The notes beneath the pieces were generated by a model, which did no database searches, was not told the DNA's origin, and worked only from the letters and a program-made list of their open reading frames with translations. Both the position numbers and the translations under genes were made by a program. This document shows, one piece after another, positions 28,109 to 42,118 of a DNA stretch of 64,000 bases (the first letter of the stretch is position 1; each line of letters opens with the position of its first letter). Source of the stretch: the human T2T-CHM13v2.0 reference genome, Homo sapiens; assembly GCF_009914755.1 (NCBI RefSeq), contig NC_060933.1; one strand, written 5' to 3'.

Positions 28109-28544
28109 TGTGATGGATTGAATTGTGTCCCCTCAAAATCCATATTTTGAGGCTCTAACTCCCACTGTGACTGTATTTAGAGATTGGGCCTTTAGGGAGG
28201 TAATTAAGGTTAAATGAAGTCATAGGGGTGGGGCCCTGATCTGAAAGGAGTGTTGCCCCTATAAAAAGAGGAAGAGGCGCCCAATCTCTCGCTCTCCCTC
28301 TCCTCTTTTCCCATTCCCCTTCCTTCTCTTGCTCTCCCTGCCTGTGCCCAGAGAAAAGGCCTTGTGAGGACGCAGTGAGAAGGTGGCCATCTGTAAGACA
28401 GGTAGAGAGCCCTCACCAAAAACTGAATTTGCTGGCACCTTGATCATGAACTCTAGCCTCCAAAACTGTGAGGAAAATAAGTATCTGTTGTTTGCCCACC
28501 CAGCCTGTGGTATTTTGTTATAACAGCCCAAGCTGACTAATGCA
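28109..28544 (+). mobile_element. MLT1A-like solo LTR
   Basis: tgtgatggattgaattgtgtcccctcaaaat...gctggcaccttgatc...agcccaagctgactaatgca. Confidence 0.9.
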
Positions 28545-28944
28545 CATGTAGACACACTCATGCACAAGCGTACAGACGTGTGGAGTCATCACTACAGACA
28601 CCCACAGCCGTGCACCAGTTCACACGCACACTGAGACACAGACACACAAGGACATAGAGTGACCTTGCTAGACCAAGGCAGCACCTTCCCTGATTTGCCT
28701 CTATCCTGGAGAAGGTGTCCGGAGGTGAGTTGGGGACTTAGTGAGGGAGGGAGAGAGGGGCAAGTGCATGTAGACAGAAGCCTGAACTCTAAGAACATAA
28801 ACCTGTAGATATGCAATACTACAGGTTTGTAAATATGAATACTCTGCAGTCCCCATAGACAACATGCATAGAGTTCCACAATTAATAATAATAATAATAA
28901 TAGTGAATAATGCCTGCAATGCTGGCCTAACCTAAATAAATACA

Positions 28945-29160
28945 GCTGGCATTGACTGATGTTTACTAGGAGCCAGGCACTCTGTCAAGCATTCACATGC
29001 TATCTCATGTTTACCTTCGCAACTCTGAAAAGCACGGCACTCTAAACAGAACTGAGAGATATGAGGTAGTGTGCCCAGGATGACATAGCTGAAGAGAGGC
29101 TGGGCAGGCATCAAGCCAGGTCTCCTGGCTGGACCTGAGCCCCACCCTTAACCACTTGCC
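28945..29160 (-). mobile_element. MIR
   Basis: gccaggcactctg...aactgagagat...gcccaggatgacatagct...cttaaccact. Confidence 0.7.
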
Positions 29161-30359
29161 AGCCGTGTCCATGGCATGGGGCATGCACAGTGATGCCAGT
29201 ACCCTGGGGGGCTCGCCATGTGCCAAGCACCTGTGCTGTAAGCGCCAGAAAGCCTGCAGAGATGCTCTCTTTTCTTAACCTGCAGTCTCATTGACCGGGT
29301 TATAGCTGACCCTGCACAAGCTGGGATCTAGACCAGCTAACAGCTAGGAAGGGAAGGGCGAAGAAAAGCCCGCCAGCCATGCCGCCACCAAAGCCGGCTA
29401 ATGGGAGAGGTCTTTGGGGCACCTCATCATTAATTTCAGGCCGCCATGTGTCCATTAACATGGACTAAATCTAGACATGAGCAGGTGACCTGTCTAGGGG
29501 GTTGTCAGACAAGGTTTCTCTCTGGCTGTGGTAAGGTCAGACTGAAAATGTTTTGGCTCCAGAAGCTTCTCTCTATGGGGACAAAGGGTTCTGACGGGAC
29601 ACGTGGATTCCTGCCAAGTATATGTGTTCAAAGAAGATGGACTTTAACTGAAATTCCTCTGGCTCCTTGTGTTAAGCCCTATGCATAAGACTCAATGAAT
29701 CACTCGCAACCACTGAGCCTGAGAAGCTCTGGGTAATGGGGGGACCTGGTGGGACTCAGAGATGTCCCCCAGACATTGTCTCCTGGAGGGGCTGTGCAGG
29801 ACCAGGGCCACAGCTCGTAGGGAGGTTGGAGGGAGTGATGCTGGGCAGAGTAGGACAGGGACTGGGGAAAGTGGCCTCTGAGCTCCAAGTTACGTGGATT
29901 TGGGGAGCCTCAACTCCTCATTTTTACCCAAGAGTTGGTAATGTTGAGCCCAGGGGCTGCTGAAAGGATTAAGGAAGATGACTGTGTGTGAGTGCCCTGG
30001 CCATTGCCTGGTACATTCCTGTTTCTTCCTCCCAAAAGAGAGGAAGTCTTCCCCCTGCCCCATGCCCAGGAGGCATGGAAGGACCCAACTTCCTTCTTTA
30101 TGGCCCTGAAGCCCCAAGAGCTCCTGCAGGCAGCTGGGCAAGGAGGAGTAAGAAGATACTCATGGGATCCTCAGGTCAGGGCAGAAACTGGGCTCAGACC
30201 CTGGGCATGAGGAGGGGCAAGGCTGCTGGGGCAGTATCAGGGATGGGCCTGAGGCAGGTTTGGGGGTGACAGGGTTCACCTACCCCACGCTAATGGCAGC
30301 AGGGTGGCCAGCAAAGATGGAGTTTCCAATATGGCTGAGAAGGTGTGATTAAGGGCACG

Positions 30360-30530
30360 AGTGGAGTGACTGCTCAGTGGACTGGTGGTTTTATTTTGGG
30401 GTGATAAAATGTTCGGAAGCTAGATAAAGGCAATAGCTGCACAACATTGTAAATGTACTAAATGCCATTGGATTATACTTTTGAATAGTTGATTTTATGT
30501 TATGTGAATTTCACCTCAATTTAAGAAAAA
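30360..30530 (+). mobile_element. L1MB-like 3' end
   Basis: ggggtgataaaatgttc...tgcacaacattgtaaatgtactaaatgccattg...atgtgaatttcacctcaatt. Confidence 0.85.
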
Positions 30531-30544
30531 GAGAGCAGGAGAGC

Positions 30545-30720
30545 ATGGGCATTTAGCTCTCTGCACCTGCCCTTGAATCCCAGCTCTGTCACCTGTTGGC
30601 TGGGTGTCTTCATCTGTGAGATGGGCTAATATTAGTACTTACCTAGCACATTATTGTGGATAAAATGATGGAATAGATTTGAGAGCACCTAGAACATAAT
30701 AGGAACGATGCCAGTTTGTA
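30545..30720 (+). mobile_element. MIR
   Basis: ttgaatcccagctctgtcac...catctgtgagatggg...agtacttacctagc. Confidence 0.75.
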
Positions 30721-31299
30721 AAATGCACTAAAAGTCTTTCTAGATATGCTCTACACTCTCCTACCATTCCAACTCCAACACACACACACATACAAAAAGA
30801 AAGGCAGGCATCACCAAGCAGTTGGGACCAGGGCTCTGATTCAAAGACCCGCCAGCCCATGGGAAAGATTTCCAGTAGCCAAGGCAAGGATAAAACCCTG
30901 AGCCGAACGAAGAGGACAGACAAGAAAAAGATGGCAGGGGATTTACTTCACTGGTCTGTTCTTCTGAGCCCCACTTCAATGACGGAGAAGGAAGCAACTC
31001 CCTGCTCTACAGAGACATTTTAGGGCAGCAGATTTGAGTCCCCCTCACCACTCCCCACTCCCTAAATCATTCTCTCATCCCAGAATTTAAGCCTCCTTGA
31101 ACTATAGTTCCCAGAAGAGAAGTGCTGCTGGGTTCCACCCACCTGGGATTGAGAGGATCCAGAGGAAACTGGACCAGACAGAACGGCAGAGGAGGAGAGG
31201 AGTTGCATTCTGCAGATAGTAATTGTCCATTAATTATTTCCTGCATGGAAATAGGTACAGCATTCACAGAAATCAAGAATGCATTGTCCTCATGACCTG

Positions 31300-32350
31300 G
31301 TTGCTCAACAAAGAGGTTCCTCTTCAAGTCACAAAATCCACGAAAATCATAAAATTAAGAAAGAAACCATCAGAACGATGCCTGGAGTTAGTTCACAGGC
31401 ACCTCCTTGAGGAAGGAGGTAACAGCACTGGGTTATCAAGAGATTCTGCATTGTGAAATATGAAAACTAGAGGAAACACAGATTTTTAGGGAAATTTTGC
31501 CATAGGAAGCAAAAGTGAATTAAAAAGCATTTGCTTTGTTCTCTCAGTAAGAGTCAGGAAAACACGAACATTATGAAAACAGAAGATAATAAGGCCAAAG
31601 ATTGAGTTGAAAAGGAATGTAGCAATGAGGTCAGCAGAAATGAAAATAGAATAGCATCAGGTCTAGAAATATTGTGAAACAAGAGAAAAACTAAATTACA
31701 GTTAAAACCAGAATTAGAAACATTAATAAAAAAAAATCAACCCTGTAATAAACTGAATCTGTGTTGTGAAGGAAAACTTGAAAAGCTCTTCTGAAAGTCA
31801 AGGAAGGAAAACCAGTTTTTCTAAAAAGTGATTGATATAAATGACAGAGTGACAGAGAAGAGACTCAATTAATTGATAACCAATAGTTAACTAATAGATA
31901 TTGTTGAATTAATTGATATTGTTGAATAAGAGAGAAGAAAACCAGAAGTAATAAAGATACTATAGAAGAAAATTTTCAAAAATGAAGAAATTAGTAAACC
32001 CATGGATTAAAATATTCAAATTAGTTATTAGAAATACACACATAGACATGTTCTGTTTGATGTTTTTATTATAAGAATAAGACCTTATAGAAATGTAGGC
32101 AGACAAAAAACAAGTTGCCTCTGATGAGCCAAAATTAGATTTGCTCAGACTTGTCCAACACACACTAAACACAAGATAGCAATGAAGCAAAATCTGTAGA
32201 GTTATGAGGGAAAGATCTTGTGTCATAAGAATTTTGTGCTTGTCTTGTCTAGCATGAGAGCAGCTGATTTGCTTTCATAGATGAGAAAAAGCCTGTAAAG
32301 TCTATACTCCCAGCCTCACCCTGCAAAAATACTGAAGAAATTTTCCAGCC
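31300..32350 (+). mobile_element. HAL1/L1 ORF1-like relic
   Basis: A-rich ORF1-like sequence (aaagatactatagaagaaaatttt; aaattagatttgctcagacttgtccaaca...agatagcaatgaagcaaaatct). Confidence 0.55.
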
Positions 32351-32474
32351 CATGTCTTCTGAAACTTTTTCATGTGATGGCACAACAATAAGGTGATAGA
32401 AGCGTTCCACACACAGATTTCAAAAAGCCTATTCTTGCTGATATCTATAGCAATGAGATTTGAGCTTTGGGGAG

Positions 32475-32851
32475 TGTATTAGTTTGTTCTCACATTGCTA
32501 TTAAGAACTACCTGTGACTGGGTAATTTATAAAGAAAAGAGATTTAATTGGCTCACCGTTCCACAGGCTGTACAGGAAGCATGACTGGAGAGGCCTCAGG
32601 AAACTTGCAATCATGGTGGAAGTTGAAGAAGCAAGCACATCTTCACACGGCCAGCAGGACAGAGAGCAAAGGGGGAATTGTTACACATTTTAAATAGCCA
32701 GATCTCGTGAGAACTTCCTCACTATCATGAGAATACCAAAGGGGAAATCTGCTTTCATGATCCGATCACCTCCCACCAGGTCCTTTCCCCAACACTGGAG
32801 ATTACAATTCAACATGAGATTTGGGTGGGGACACAGAGCCAAACCATATCA
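32475..32851 (-). mobile_element. MSTA-like solo LTR
   Basis: tgtattagtttgttctcacattgctat...gctgtacaggaagcatg...gagatttgggtggggacacagagccaaaccatatca; perfect TSD GGGAG. Confidence 0.94.
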
Positions 32852-32856
32852 GGGAG

Positions 32857-34750
32857 ATCATTGTGGATGCAAGAGTAGAAGGGAGTGAGAGGAGAACAGG
32901 ACTGGCAGCACAGAGCAGTTAGGAGGATCTCCCAACAAAACAGGAGAGCATCTGTGAGGTGAGAGGAAAGCCAGAAGGGTGAGGAAGGTGAAGAAAGTGA
33001 AGAATGTGTTTCCAAGAGAATGAGCAACGGTGCCCAATGCTGCTGAGAGTTCAGGGAATGTGAGGATGAAAAAGTGATCCCCCAGAATTAGCAACATGGA
33101 GGTCACTGGTAGCTTGGATATGAATGGCTTCCAAGGAATGATGGGTTTAAGAAAGAATGAAAGGAAGAAAAATGGAGAAAATGGGCATAGATAACACTTG
33201 CAGGATTTTGCTGCCAAAGGGCGTTGAGAAATAGGGCAGTAGCTGATGAGGGAGATGTAATCAAAAGCGGCTGTTTGTCCTATGAACATGGGACATGTAC
33301 TGGCATGTTCACAGGACAAGAGGAATGATCTATTGGGAGGAAAATTTGGTGATGTAGGAGAGGGGAGAGAACTTCTGGGCAATGCCCTTGAGTAGGCAAG
33401 AAGGGAAGAATCTATCCAGTGCTCAAGTGGAGGGTTGACTTTGTTGATTTGGTTTACGGGCATGGGAAAGAAGCCAGAGGATGTATGGGTGCACATGCTG
33501 GTGGGTGGATGGAAGTGGTGGTGGATCTGAGAGAGAGAGAGAGGATGGTGGAGGAGGTGTTAAAGGAATGAGGAAAGAGGAAGTTTTGAAAGAGTCTAGG
33601 AGGTGGGAGAGAGAATGGACTAGGGAAGTAGATTACAATGGCTGGGCCACATCAAGGCCCATTGAGTTTCCTGGTGTTATTTTAAAGCAAGAGCAGTGAT
33701 GGTGGTTGTGTGTTTTTCTTCAGTCACATTCAGCTGATTGGCAGCTGAGAAGGAATTGGATTGCACTCGGATTGTGGTCTTGCCAAATGTATATGACAAA
33801 GTGAGAGAGGGATGAGGGAGGTGAGAAAGAAGACTAGGAGAGATCTTAATGTGTGGCTGTGAATTTGAAGCTGGGTCAGAAGGTGATATAGTTTGGATAT
33901 TTTACTCACCCAAATCTCATGCTGAATTGCAATCTCCAATGCTGAAGGTGAGGCCTGGTGGGAGGTGTTTGGAACATGGGGGCAGATCCCTCATGGTTTG
34001 GTGCTGTCTTCATCACAGTGAGTAAATTCTTGTGAGATCTGGTCATTTAAAACTGTGTGCCACCCCCACCCCAACTCTCTCTCTCTTGCTCTTCTTCTTG
34101 CGGTATCTTGTGCCTGCTCCCCCTTTGCCTTCCTCTATGATTGGAAGTTTCCTGATGCCTCCCCAGAAGCAGGTGCTGCTATGCTTCCTGTACAGCCTGC
34201 AGAACAATGAGCCAAATAAGCATATTTTCTTATAAATTACCCAGTCTCAGGTATTTCTTTATAGCAATGCAAGAACAGCCTAACACAGGAGGAAAGAAGG
34301 TAAGGACAGTGAGAAGATGTCATCAATGATTGTAGGTCTCTAGGGGGTCAAAGGATAGCTAGGGATGAGGCACTAGAAGGAATGAGTTGGAAGCACAGAA
34401 GGTGGTGTTCAGGGAGGAGGGTGAATAAGATGGAAAGGATGGAGGGACTACTGGTAATAACAAAGTCTAGAGGATGACCATGGGAGGGAGGGGCCCAGAT
34501 AGGATGGAGATCATGGAGGAAAGGAACTTGGGCACTGAGAGCCCGGGATGTCATAAGGATCATCTCCAGGCATATTGAAATCATCAGAATAAAACAGTAG
34601 TAGTGTTGAAGAGAGAAATAACAAGCCAGGAGCTAAAATCAATAACCAAGGAGTGACATGGGCATCAGTGAATTGATTACAGGAAGGATGAGGGGCAGAG
34701 GATAGATTTGTGGGATGACTTTGGGTGAAAAGTAGGGGTTTTCAGGGATG
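32857..34750 (-). mobile_element. Long L2 fragment (endonuclease to RT region) interrupted by an MSTB
   Basis: Minus-strand ORF residues FILTFPELSAALGTVAHSL resemble L2 RT (LILLDLSAAFDTVDHSL); SHGHPLDFVIT...LPEHHLLCFQL resembles the APE endonuclease (HGHTLDLVIT...LSDHHLLSFQL). Confidence 0.85.
33884..34287 (+). mobile_element. MSTB-like solo LTR
   Basis: tgatatagtttggatatt...cttcctgtacagcctgcagaac...aacagcctaacaca; TSD gaagg/ggagg. Confidence 0.92.
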
Positions 34751-34759
34751 AGAAAGCAA

Positions 34760-35238
34760 GGGAGATTGTAACCCCATTTTTTGTACCTTCCTGTAGGTAC
34801 ACCCATTGCAATGCAACTTTGCAGAAATCCCTTTCAAGAGATCAAGTCTATTTCCCACCCCTTGAATCTGGACAGACTTTTGACTTACTTTGGCTAATAC
34901 GATGCAGCAAAAGCAATCCTGTGCCAGTTGATCAAGAGGCCCAGCAGCTCCCACTGCCTTGGACCCCTGTCCTGCTGTCATATAAACAAATATGGGCTAG
35001 CCTGCTACAGGCTGAGAGACCATGTGAAGCAGAACCAAGTTGTTCCAGTTGAAGCCATCCAGATCATCCTATAGCCAGCTGACCCCAAAACATGTGACAG
35101 ACCCCAGCCCAGATCAGCAGATCTGCCTATCCAATCTGCAGCTGACCTGAGACACATGAGTGAGCCCAGCTAAGACTACAAGAACCATCCAGCTGATCTG
35201 AAAATTCATTAATCAAATCAATGCTTATTGTTGTTAGC
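34760..35238 (+). mobile_element. MLT1 (H-like) LTR
   Basis: tctatttcccaccccttgaatctgg...gagagaccatgtgaagcaga...catgagtgagcccagc. Confidence 0.8.
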
Positions 35239-35378
35239 TGTATTGCTTTTCTATTGCTTTGTAACAAATTACCACAAATTTAGTGGCTTAAAACAACACC
35301 CATTTATTAGCTCACAGTTCTGTAAGTTAGAAATCTGGATGGGTTCAGTGGGGTTAGAGTCTCCTTAGAGTCTCACAA
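35239..35378 (-). mobile_element. MLT1 3' end
   Basis: tgtattgcttttctattgctttgtaacaaattaccacaaatttagtggcttaaaacaacac. Confidence 0.8.
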
Positions 35379-35477
35379 CCAGTATTTAGCTTCACTGCTG
35401 AGCCATGTAGTGTACTATATTAATATTTCCTTTCTTATGCAACTTGGAGTTGATAGCTGCTGGCTTTTTTTATTCAC

Positions 35478-35785
35478 TTATTTTTATTGATACATAATAT
35501 TTGCAATTTATGGGGTACATGTGATATTTTGATTCCGGCACACAAGGTGTAATAATCAAGTCAGGGTGTTTAGAATATCCATCACCTTGAACATGTATTA
35601 TTTCCTTGTGTTGGGAGCATTTCAAATCTAGCTATTTTGACATATATGGCTGTTAACTATAGTCATTCCACTGTGCTATTGAATACTAGAACATATTCCT
35701 TCTCTCTAACTGCAGGTTTGTACCCATTAATAAACCTTTCTTCATCCTTCCACCCCCACTTTCCCAGCCTCTGGCAACTAATATA
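35478..35785 (-). mobile_element. L1MA 3' end
   Basis: tttattgatacataatatttg...ggggtacatgtgatattttga...ttcccagcctctggcaac. Confidence 0.88.
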
Positions 35786-36054
35786 TACATAATATCTATC
35801 TATTCCCTTGCTGGGTAGGGGAGGGACAGTTGCTGTGTGGGTTAGAAAAATAGGCCAGGGAGCGGGTGGGAGATCTCACAGCTCTTTCTACAAACTCTCG
35901 TCTAAATCCAACATCTAAATCCAACACATAAACACCCTATTATTTCTCTCATAAAAGCAAAACAAAACCAAATCCAAAAAGCCTCACTCCTACTCCACCT
36001 CCCGCCTTCTGATCTCATGTCTCCCTTCCATTTGTAGCAAAACTTTTTGGAAGA

Positions 36055-36372
36055 CCTTTCTTCTGTCCAATATGGCAGCCCCTAGCTACATGTGGCTCTC
36101 GAGCACTTGCAGTGTAGCCAGCAAAATCGAGGTGCATTGTAAGGGTAAAATATACACCACATTTCAAAGACATCATATGAAAAACAATGCAAACTATCTC
36201 ATTAATAATTTTATATCAATTACATATGGAAATGATAATTTTTATATACATTAGGTTAAATAAAATATATTAATAAAATTAATCTCACCTGTTCCTTTTA
36301 ATTTTTAAAACGTGGCTACTATTAATTTAAAAATGACGTAGGTAGCTGTATATACTGGACACGGCTGGTCTA
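36055..36372. mobile_element. MER33-like hAT-Charlie MITE within an L2
   Basis: ctgtccaatatggcagcccctagctacatgtggct...ggttaaataaaatatatt...tggacacggctg. Confidence 0.85.
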
Positions 36373-36374
36373 AA

Positions 36375-37640
<1,266 letters not shown>

Positions 37641-38031
37641 CCTACAATTGTTGAATGAGTGACCAAACAAATCCTCCTCCTTCGACCCCATGCCTCAACC
37701 TCATATTTCTTGGTAGGTGATGCTCCAAGCTCCTACCTCTTCCTGGGGTGCTGTGCTGTGGAGTTCATTGCCAGCATCCCCTCTGCTGGCTCACAATGCT
37801 CATCTTCATCAGCTGCTCTAATTAATTATCCTCACTCCACTTCTCCCAAATTCCTGTCTCTCATCTCCTCTCACATTCACTTTGCCTTGTGGGTTTATGC
37901 ATTTTTATCCCTTTTATTTTAGTGCGGTTTCAGGGGGAAGCAGAAATAAAAACATTTTTTCAACTTACCCTATTTAGCCAGAAGTCCCAATGTAGTATTT
38001 TGGGAACACCTTTTTACACATCATTGTATAG

Positions 38032-38061
38032 TGTGAGCGTGTGTGTGTGTGTGTGTGTGTG
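38032..38061. repeat. (TG)n microsatellite
   Basis: Directly visible. Confidence 0.95.
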
Positions 38062-38089
38062 TTCATTGTAATTAGCTGCAAGGATTCTG

Positions 38090-38770
38090 CTTTGTAGATA
38101 GATCACAACTTATTACACTAATTCCCAGCCCTGGCCTGTTAGAGTTGTTTCTAATTTTTTGCTATGATAAAATAGTGTGATTCGCATTGTTATATTTTCT
38201 CCTATCTTCGTGATTATTTAAATGCTAAGGAGTGGAATTTTGGAGGCCAAAAGGCATGCATATTTTTAAGCCTTCTGATACATATTGCTGGATTATTCTT
38301 CAAAAAAAATTCCAATTTACACTCCTCCCAGCAATGATTGTTTGGAAGAGCCTGTTTCTGCATGCATATACCAGCAGTGGGGATTATCATTATTCTAAAT
38401 CTTTAACAATGTGATAGCCGAAAATTTATGTCTCACTGTTATTATAATTCGTATTTTCCTTAATTACTAGTGAGATTGTCTTTTCATATTTATTTGCCTT
38501 TTCTATTTCTTCATATATTTATGACATATTATAAAAGATAAAAGCAGGTTAGAAAACATTATGTATAATATAATCCAAAGTTTGTAAAAAGAAGTTTATC
38601 TATGCATAGAAAAATAAGACTGGCAGGAAATAAGACAACATGGACTGTGGTTTTGTCTGGGCGGTGAGATAATGAATGAGTTTTCTTTTTCATTTTCAAG
38701 CTTACGTATTTTCCAAATTTTATCCAAGAACCATCCATTATTTTGTAACTAAAAATGTGATTTTAAAAGT
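38090..38770. mobile_element. L1ME-like fragments (antisense 38090-38510, sense 3' end 38520-38770)
   Basis: ccaatttacactcctcccagcaatg; tctgggcggtgagataatgaatgagttttc. Confidence 0.6.
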
Positions 38771-39019
38771 AACTATTATTATAATCATATTAAAATAGCC
38801 CAAAGTTTCCAGAACAGAGTCGGGCAGCAAAGCAGCCCACAGGTTCTTGAAAAAGCACCGTCCAGCCAAACCCCCAGGGACATTCAAGATTGGCTTCCTT
38901 ACAACTGCAGAAAACCCATATGCGATGTATTCTGTCTCTAGAAGGGCAAAGGTGGGCCACTGGGGGTGGGGCAGCAGGCCTGGGATGTGGCCAGTGGGTA
39001 CCAGGCGCTCACAGGCATC

Positions 39020-39135
39020 AGTGGGTAATTACATCTCCTTTTAACACATGCAAATTGTATCAGTATTATTTATATATTCAAAGCCACGGATGAATAATAT
39101 ATGCATTTATGCAGAGGTAATTGCCTTAGCCAGGT
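39020..39135. promoter_or_regulatory. Candidate POU-site cluster enhancer
   Basis: ATGCAAAT 39048-39055, ATGAATAAT 39090-39098, ATGCATTTATGCA 39101-39113, flanking GGTAATT x2. Confidence 0.45.
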
Positions 39136-39421
39136 TCTTCCTGGGACTTTTATTGTCTCCCCAGATACTGAATATTCAACTCCTCTCTCCCGACTGGAGC
39201 TCGGGGTGCAGTGTGCTGTGTGCAGCCCCAGCCTCCTCCAGGGAAGGGGAGAAGGCTGAGCAGGGAAGGAGGCCTCAATTTGAGGTGTATGGGTAATGAG
39301 GCTGAGGGTCAGGGCTCTGGACTTGCAACCCCAGCTGCTTCCTCCCTGGCTCACCCCTGGTTCAGGGATGACACCCAGCTTCCTTCTTTGGTGCAAACTC
39401 TAGTACTGCAAGAGTCTGTTA

Positions 39422-39696
<275 letters not shown>

Positions 39697-39899
39697 TTAA
39701 CCCGTGCATTTTTACAAACTGCTGCAGCCAGATCAGTTTAGGCTGTGACCGTGGCGGGCAGTTCTGGTCTCTGTGGGGGCATCCCGGGTAGACACCCTCC
39801 CATCTCATGCAGCCTCCTCTATTTGGTGCAGTGTGGCCCAGCCCTGGCCATGCCCCGTGGGAGTGCAAGAGGAAGCAAGGAAGCAGGAAGCATTGTTCT

Positions 39900-40598
39900 A
39901 GATGTCTTCAATGAAGACGCAGGAAACAAAGTTAGATTGCAGTGAGTGAAGGGTGCAGTGGAGAGCCAGACTCACTGTCAAGGGAGTAGATCTCTAAGCC
40001 TAGCCTTGCTTTTTGGTGCTTTCTGTGCACCTCTTGTCTGAAAAGGTGTCACTTTGGGGGAAATGAGCTCAGGGGCAGCACCTGCAACCCCCACCGCCCT
40101 CCCCAGGGTGAGGCCATGAGCCCACGAAGAGATCCCATATAGACTATTTTAAGAAAGTTGGCAGAGTAAGGAAATTGAGAGCTTTGATGAAATGAGAAAT
40201 TTGCTCCCAGGGAAATTTTAAGAGATGGGACAGCATAAGGTTTCATGGCAGGATGTGCCAGGGAAGGGGAGGCGGCTGGGGACCCCAGAAGAGGAGGGCT
40301 CTCGGTGGAGGGGGTTTCTGGGGAGATGAGATGAAATGGGGGTGTGGGCACAGGCAGAGGCAGCGCCCTTCAGGAGCAGAGACCCCCATTCTCCTGAGGC
40401 CGAGGGGAAGCAGGGCAGAGGCTGTGAGTCCAAGAGACGTGCAAGTTTGGCAGAGGCAGGCAGGAGCTCTGATCTGTGCCTTCTGTTCTGTCCATTAACT
40501 GTGAGATGAAATTCCAGAGAGCAAGTGGAGGGGTGGGGAGAGGGGATCCTTGGGGACATAGGAAAAGTTTGGAATAACTGCTGAGAGGGTGGAGGAGG
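39900..40598 (-). mobile_element. L2 fragment(s), antisense
   Basis: ORF 40049..40351(-) SQFPYSANFLKIVY resembles L2 ORF2 SLLPFTAKLLERVVY. Confidence 0.65.
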
Positions 40599-40604
40599 GG
40601 TCCG

Positions 40605-41660
40605 ACATCCTCTCTGGCCCCCAGTCTTACCAGGCTTTCACTCTGCTACCACACCAAAGTGCCCTCGGTCAAGGTCTCCAGTGACCTCCTGACCTCCTTG
40701 TTGCCCAATCCACTCATATCTGTCCTCTAGCCAGCACTTGACATGGTCATTCGCACCTTCCTCCTGAAAACACTGCCTCTGCTTGGCTTCCAAGATGCTC
40801 TCAGTTGTGCTCCCACCTCTCTGACCATCCTCCCTGGCCTCCTTTGCTGGTTCCTCCTCTTCTCATCCTAAAACCCCGACGTGCTCAGGGCTCAGGCCTC
40901 AGACACCTCCAGCTGCACACACTCCTCAGGTGGCCCCTTCCTGTGTTATGTCTTCCAATCCCGTCACATGGCTGAGTCCCTGAGTTTAGCCTCCAGCCCT
41001 GGCCTCCCCCTGCCTCCAAGCCTGCACACACAGGGGCCCGGTCCACAATTCCCTGTGACTGTGCACTGAGCACCATATACCTGACATGGCCACAGCCACG
41101 CTCCTGATTGTCCTCCCTAAACCCTCCTCCATGGCAACCCCATTGTCCCAGCTGCTCAGGCCAAAACCTGGGAGATATTCTTGACACCTCCCCTTCTCCC
41201 TCAACTCACCTCCAACCCATAAGGAAACTCATCAGCAATTCCCTTGACATTCATCCCCAACCAGACCACAAAAGTGGTCAAAAGGCCACCTCCACCACTG
41301 CCACCCTAGTGCAAGCCTGTGTCAGTCACAGTCAACCTGGATGGCCAGGGCAGCCTCCTACCTATCTCTCTGCCTCCATCCAGCAATTTATGCATGAGTC
41401 CCAGGCACCTCTCACAACACAGGGCTGACACTGCTGCTTCTTCACTCCAAGCCCTCCTCCAGGGGGCCCACCTCACTTCAAAGGCCAGCCACAACCCCAA
41501 AGCCCTCCACAATCTGCTCCCCTCCCTGCCCCCCTTCTCCGACCTCCTCTCCCGCAACCCCCTCCCTGCTCTCGGTGTCCAGCCACACTGGCTGTCGCTG
41601 CTTGGGGCTGGCCTGGGGCCCTGCCTTGGGCTGTGGGTGGCAGCTGTTCCAGTTCAATCA
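40605..41660 (+). mobile_element. L2 RT region to 3' region, sense
   Basis: gtcaaggtctccagtgacctcc...ttcctcctgaaaacact...ttggcttcc; gctcaggccaaaacctgggag. Confidence 0.82.
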
Positions 41661-41929
41661 TCTTAAAAATCATTTGAGGTGATGTGGAAACCCACCTGCC
41701 GACTCCACATCAGGAGACGCCCGGATACGGCCAACTGCACAGCCAGGTCACGCCCCCACAGGGTCAGCGTCTGCTCCGTGATGCACGGGGCATGGGGACA
41801 GAGTGGCCACTGGGGACGCTGCAGATGGCCAAGGGGTTGTCATTAACCAAAGAGCAGCAGGATCCAGGCCCTGGCTTGGGGTAAATAATGGGAGGGGAGG
41901 GAGGAGGTTGACTCATTGGAGAGGGTATA

Positions 41930-42118
41930 TTTTTTAAATTTTTGCCATAAAAATTGCAAACATTCAAAGGTAGAGCTGATAATATCATGAGCCCTCTGCA
42001 GCCTTCACGAGTTTCAATCATGATCAACTCATAACCAATTTTGTTTCATCCATTTTACCATTTGCTCTCCCTCAATTATTTTGAAGCAAATCCCAGAGAT
42101 AATAACATTTCAACCCAG
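41930..42118 (-). mobile_element. L1MC/ME 3' end
   Basis: aattattttgaagcaaatcccagagataataacatttca. Confidence 0.7.
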
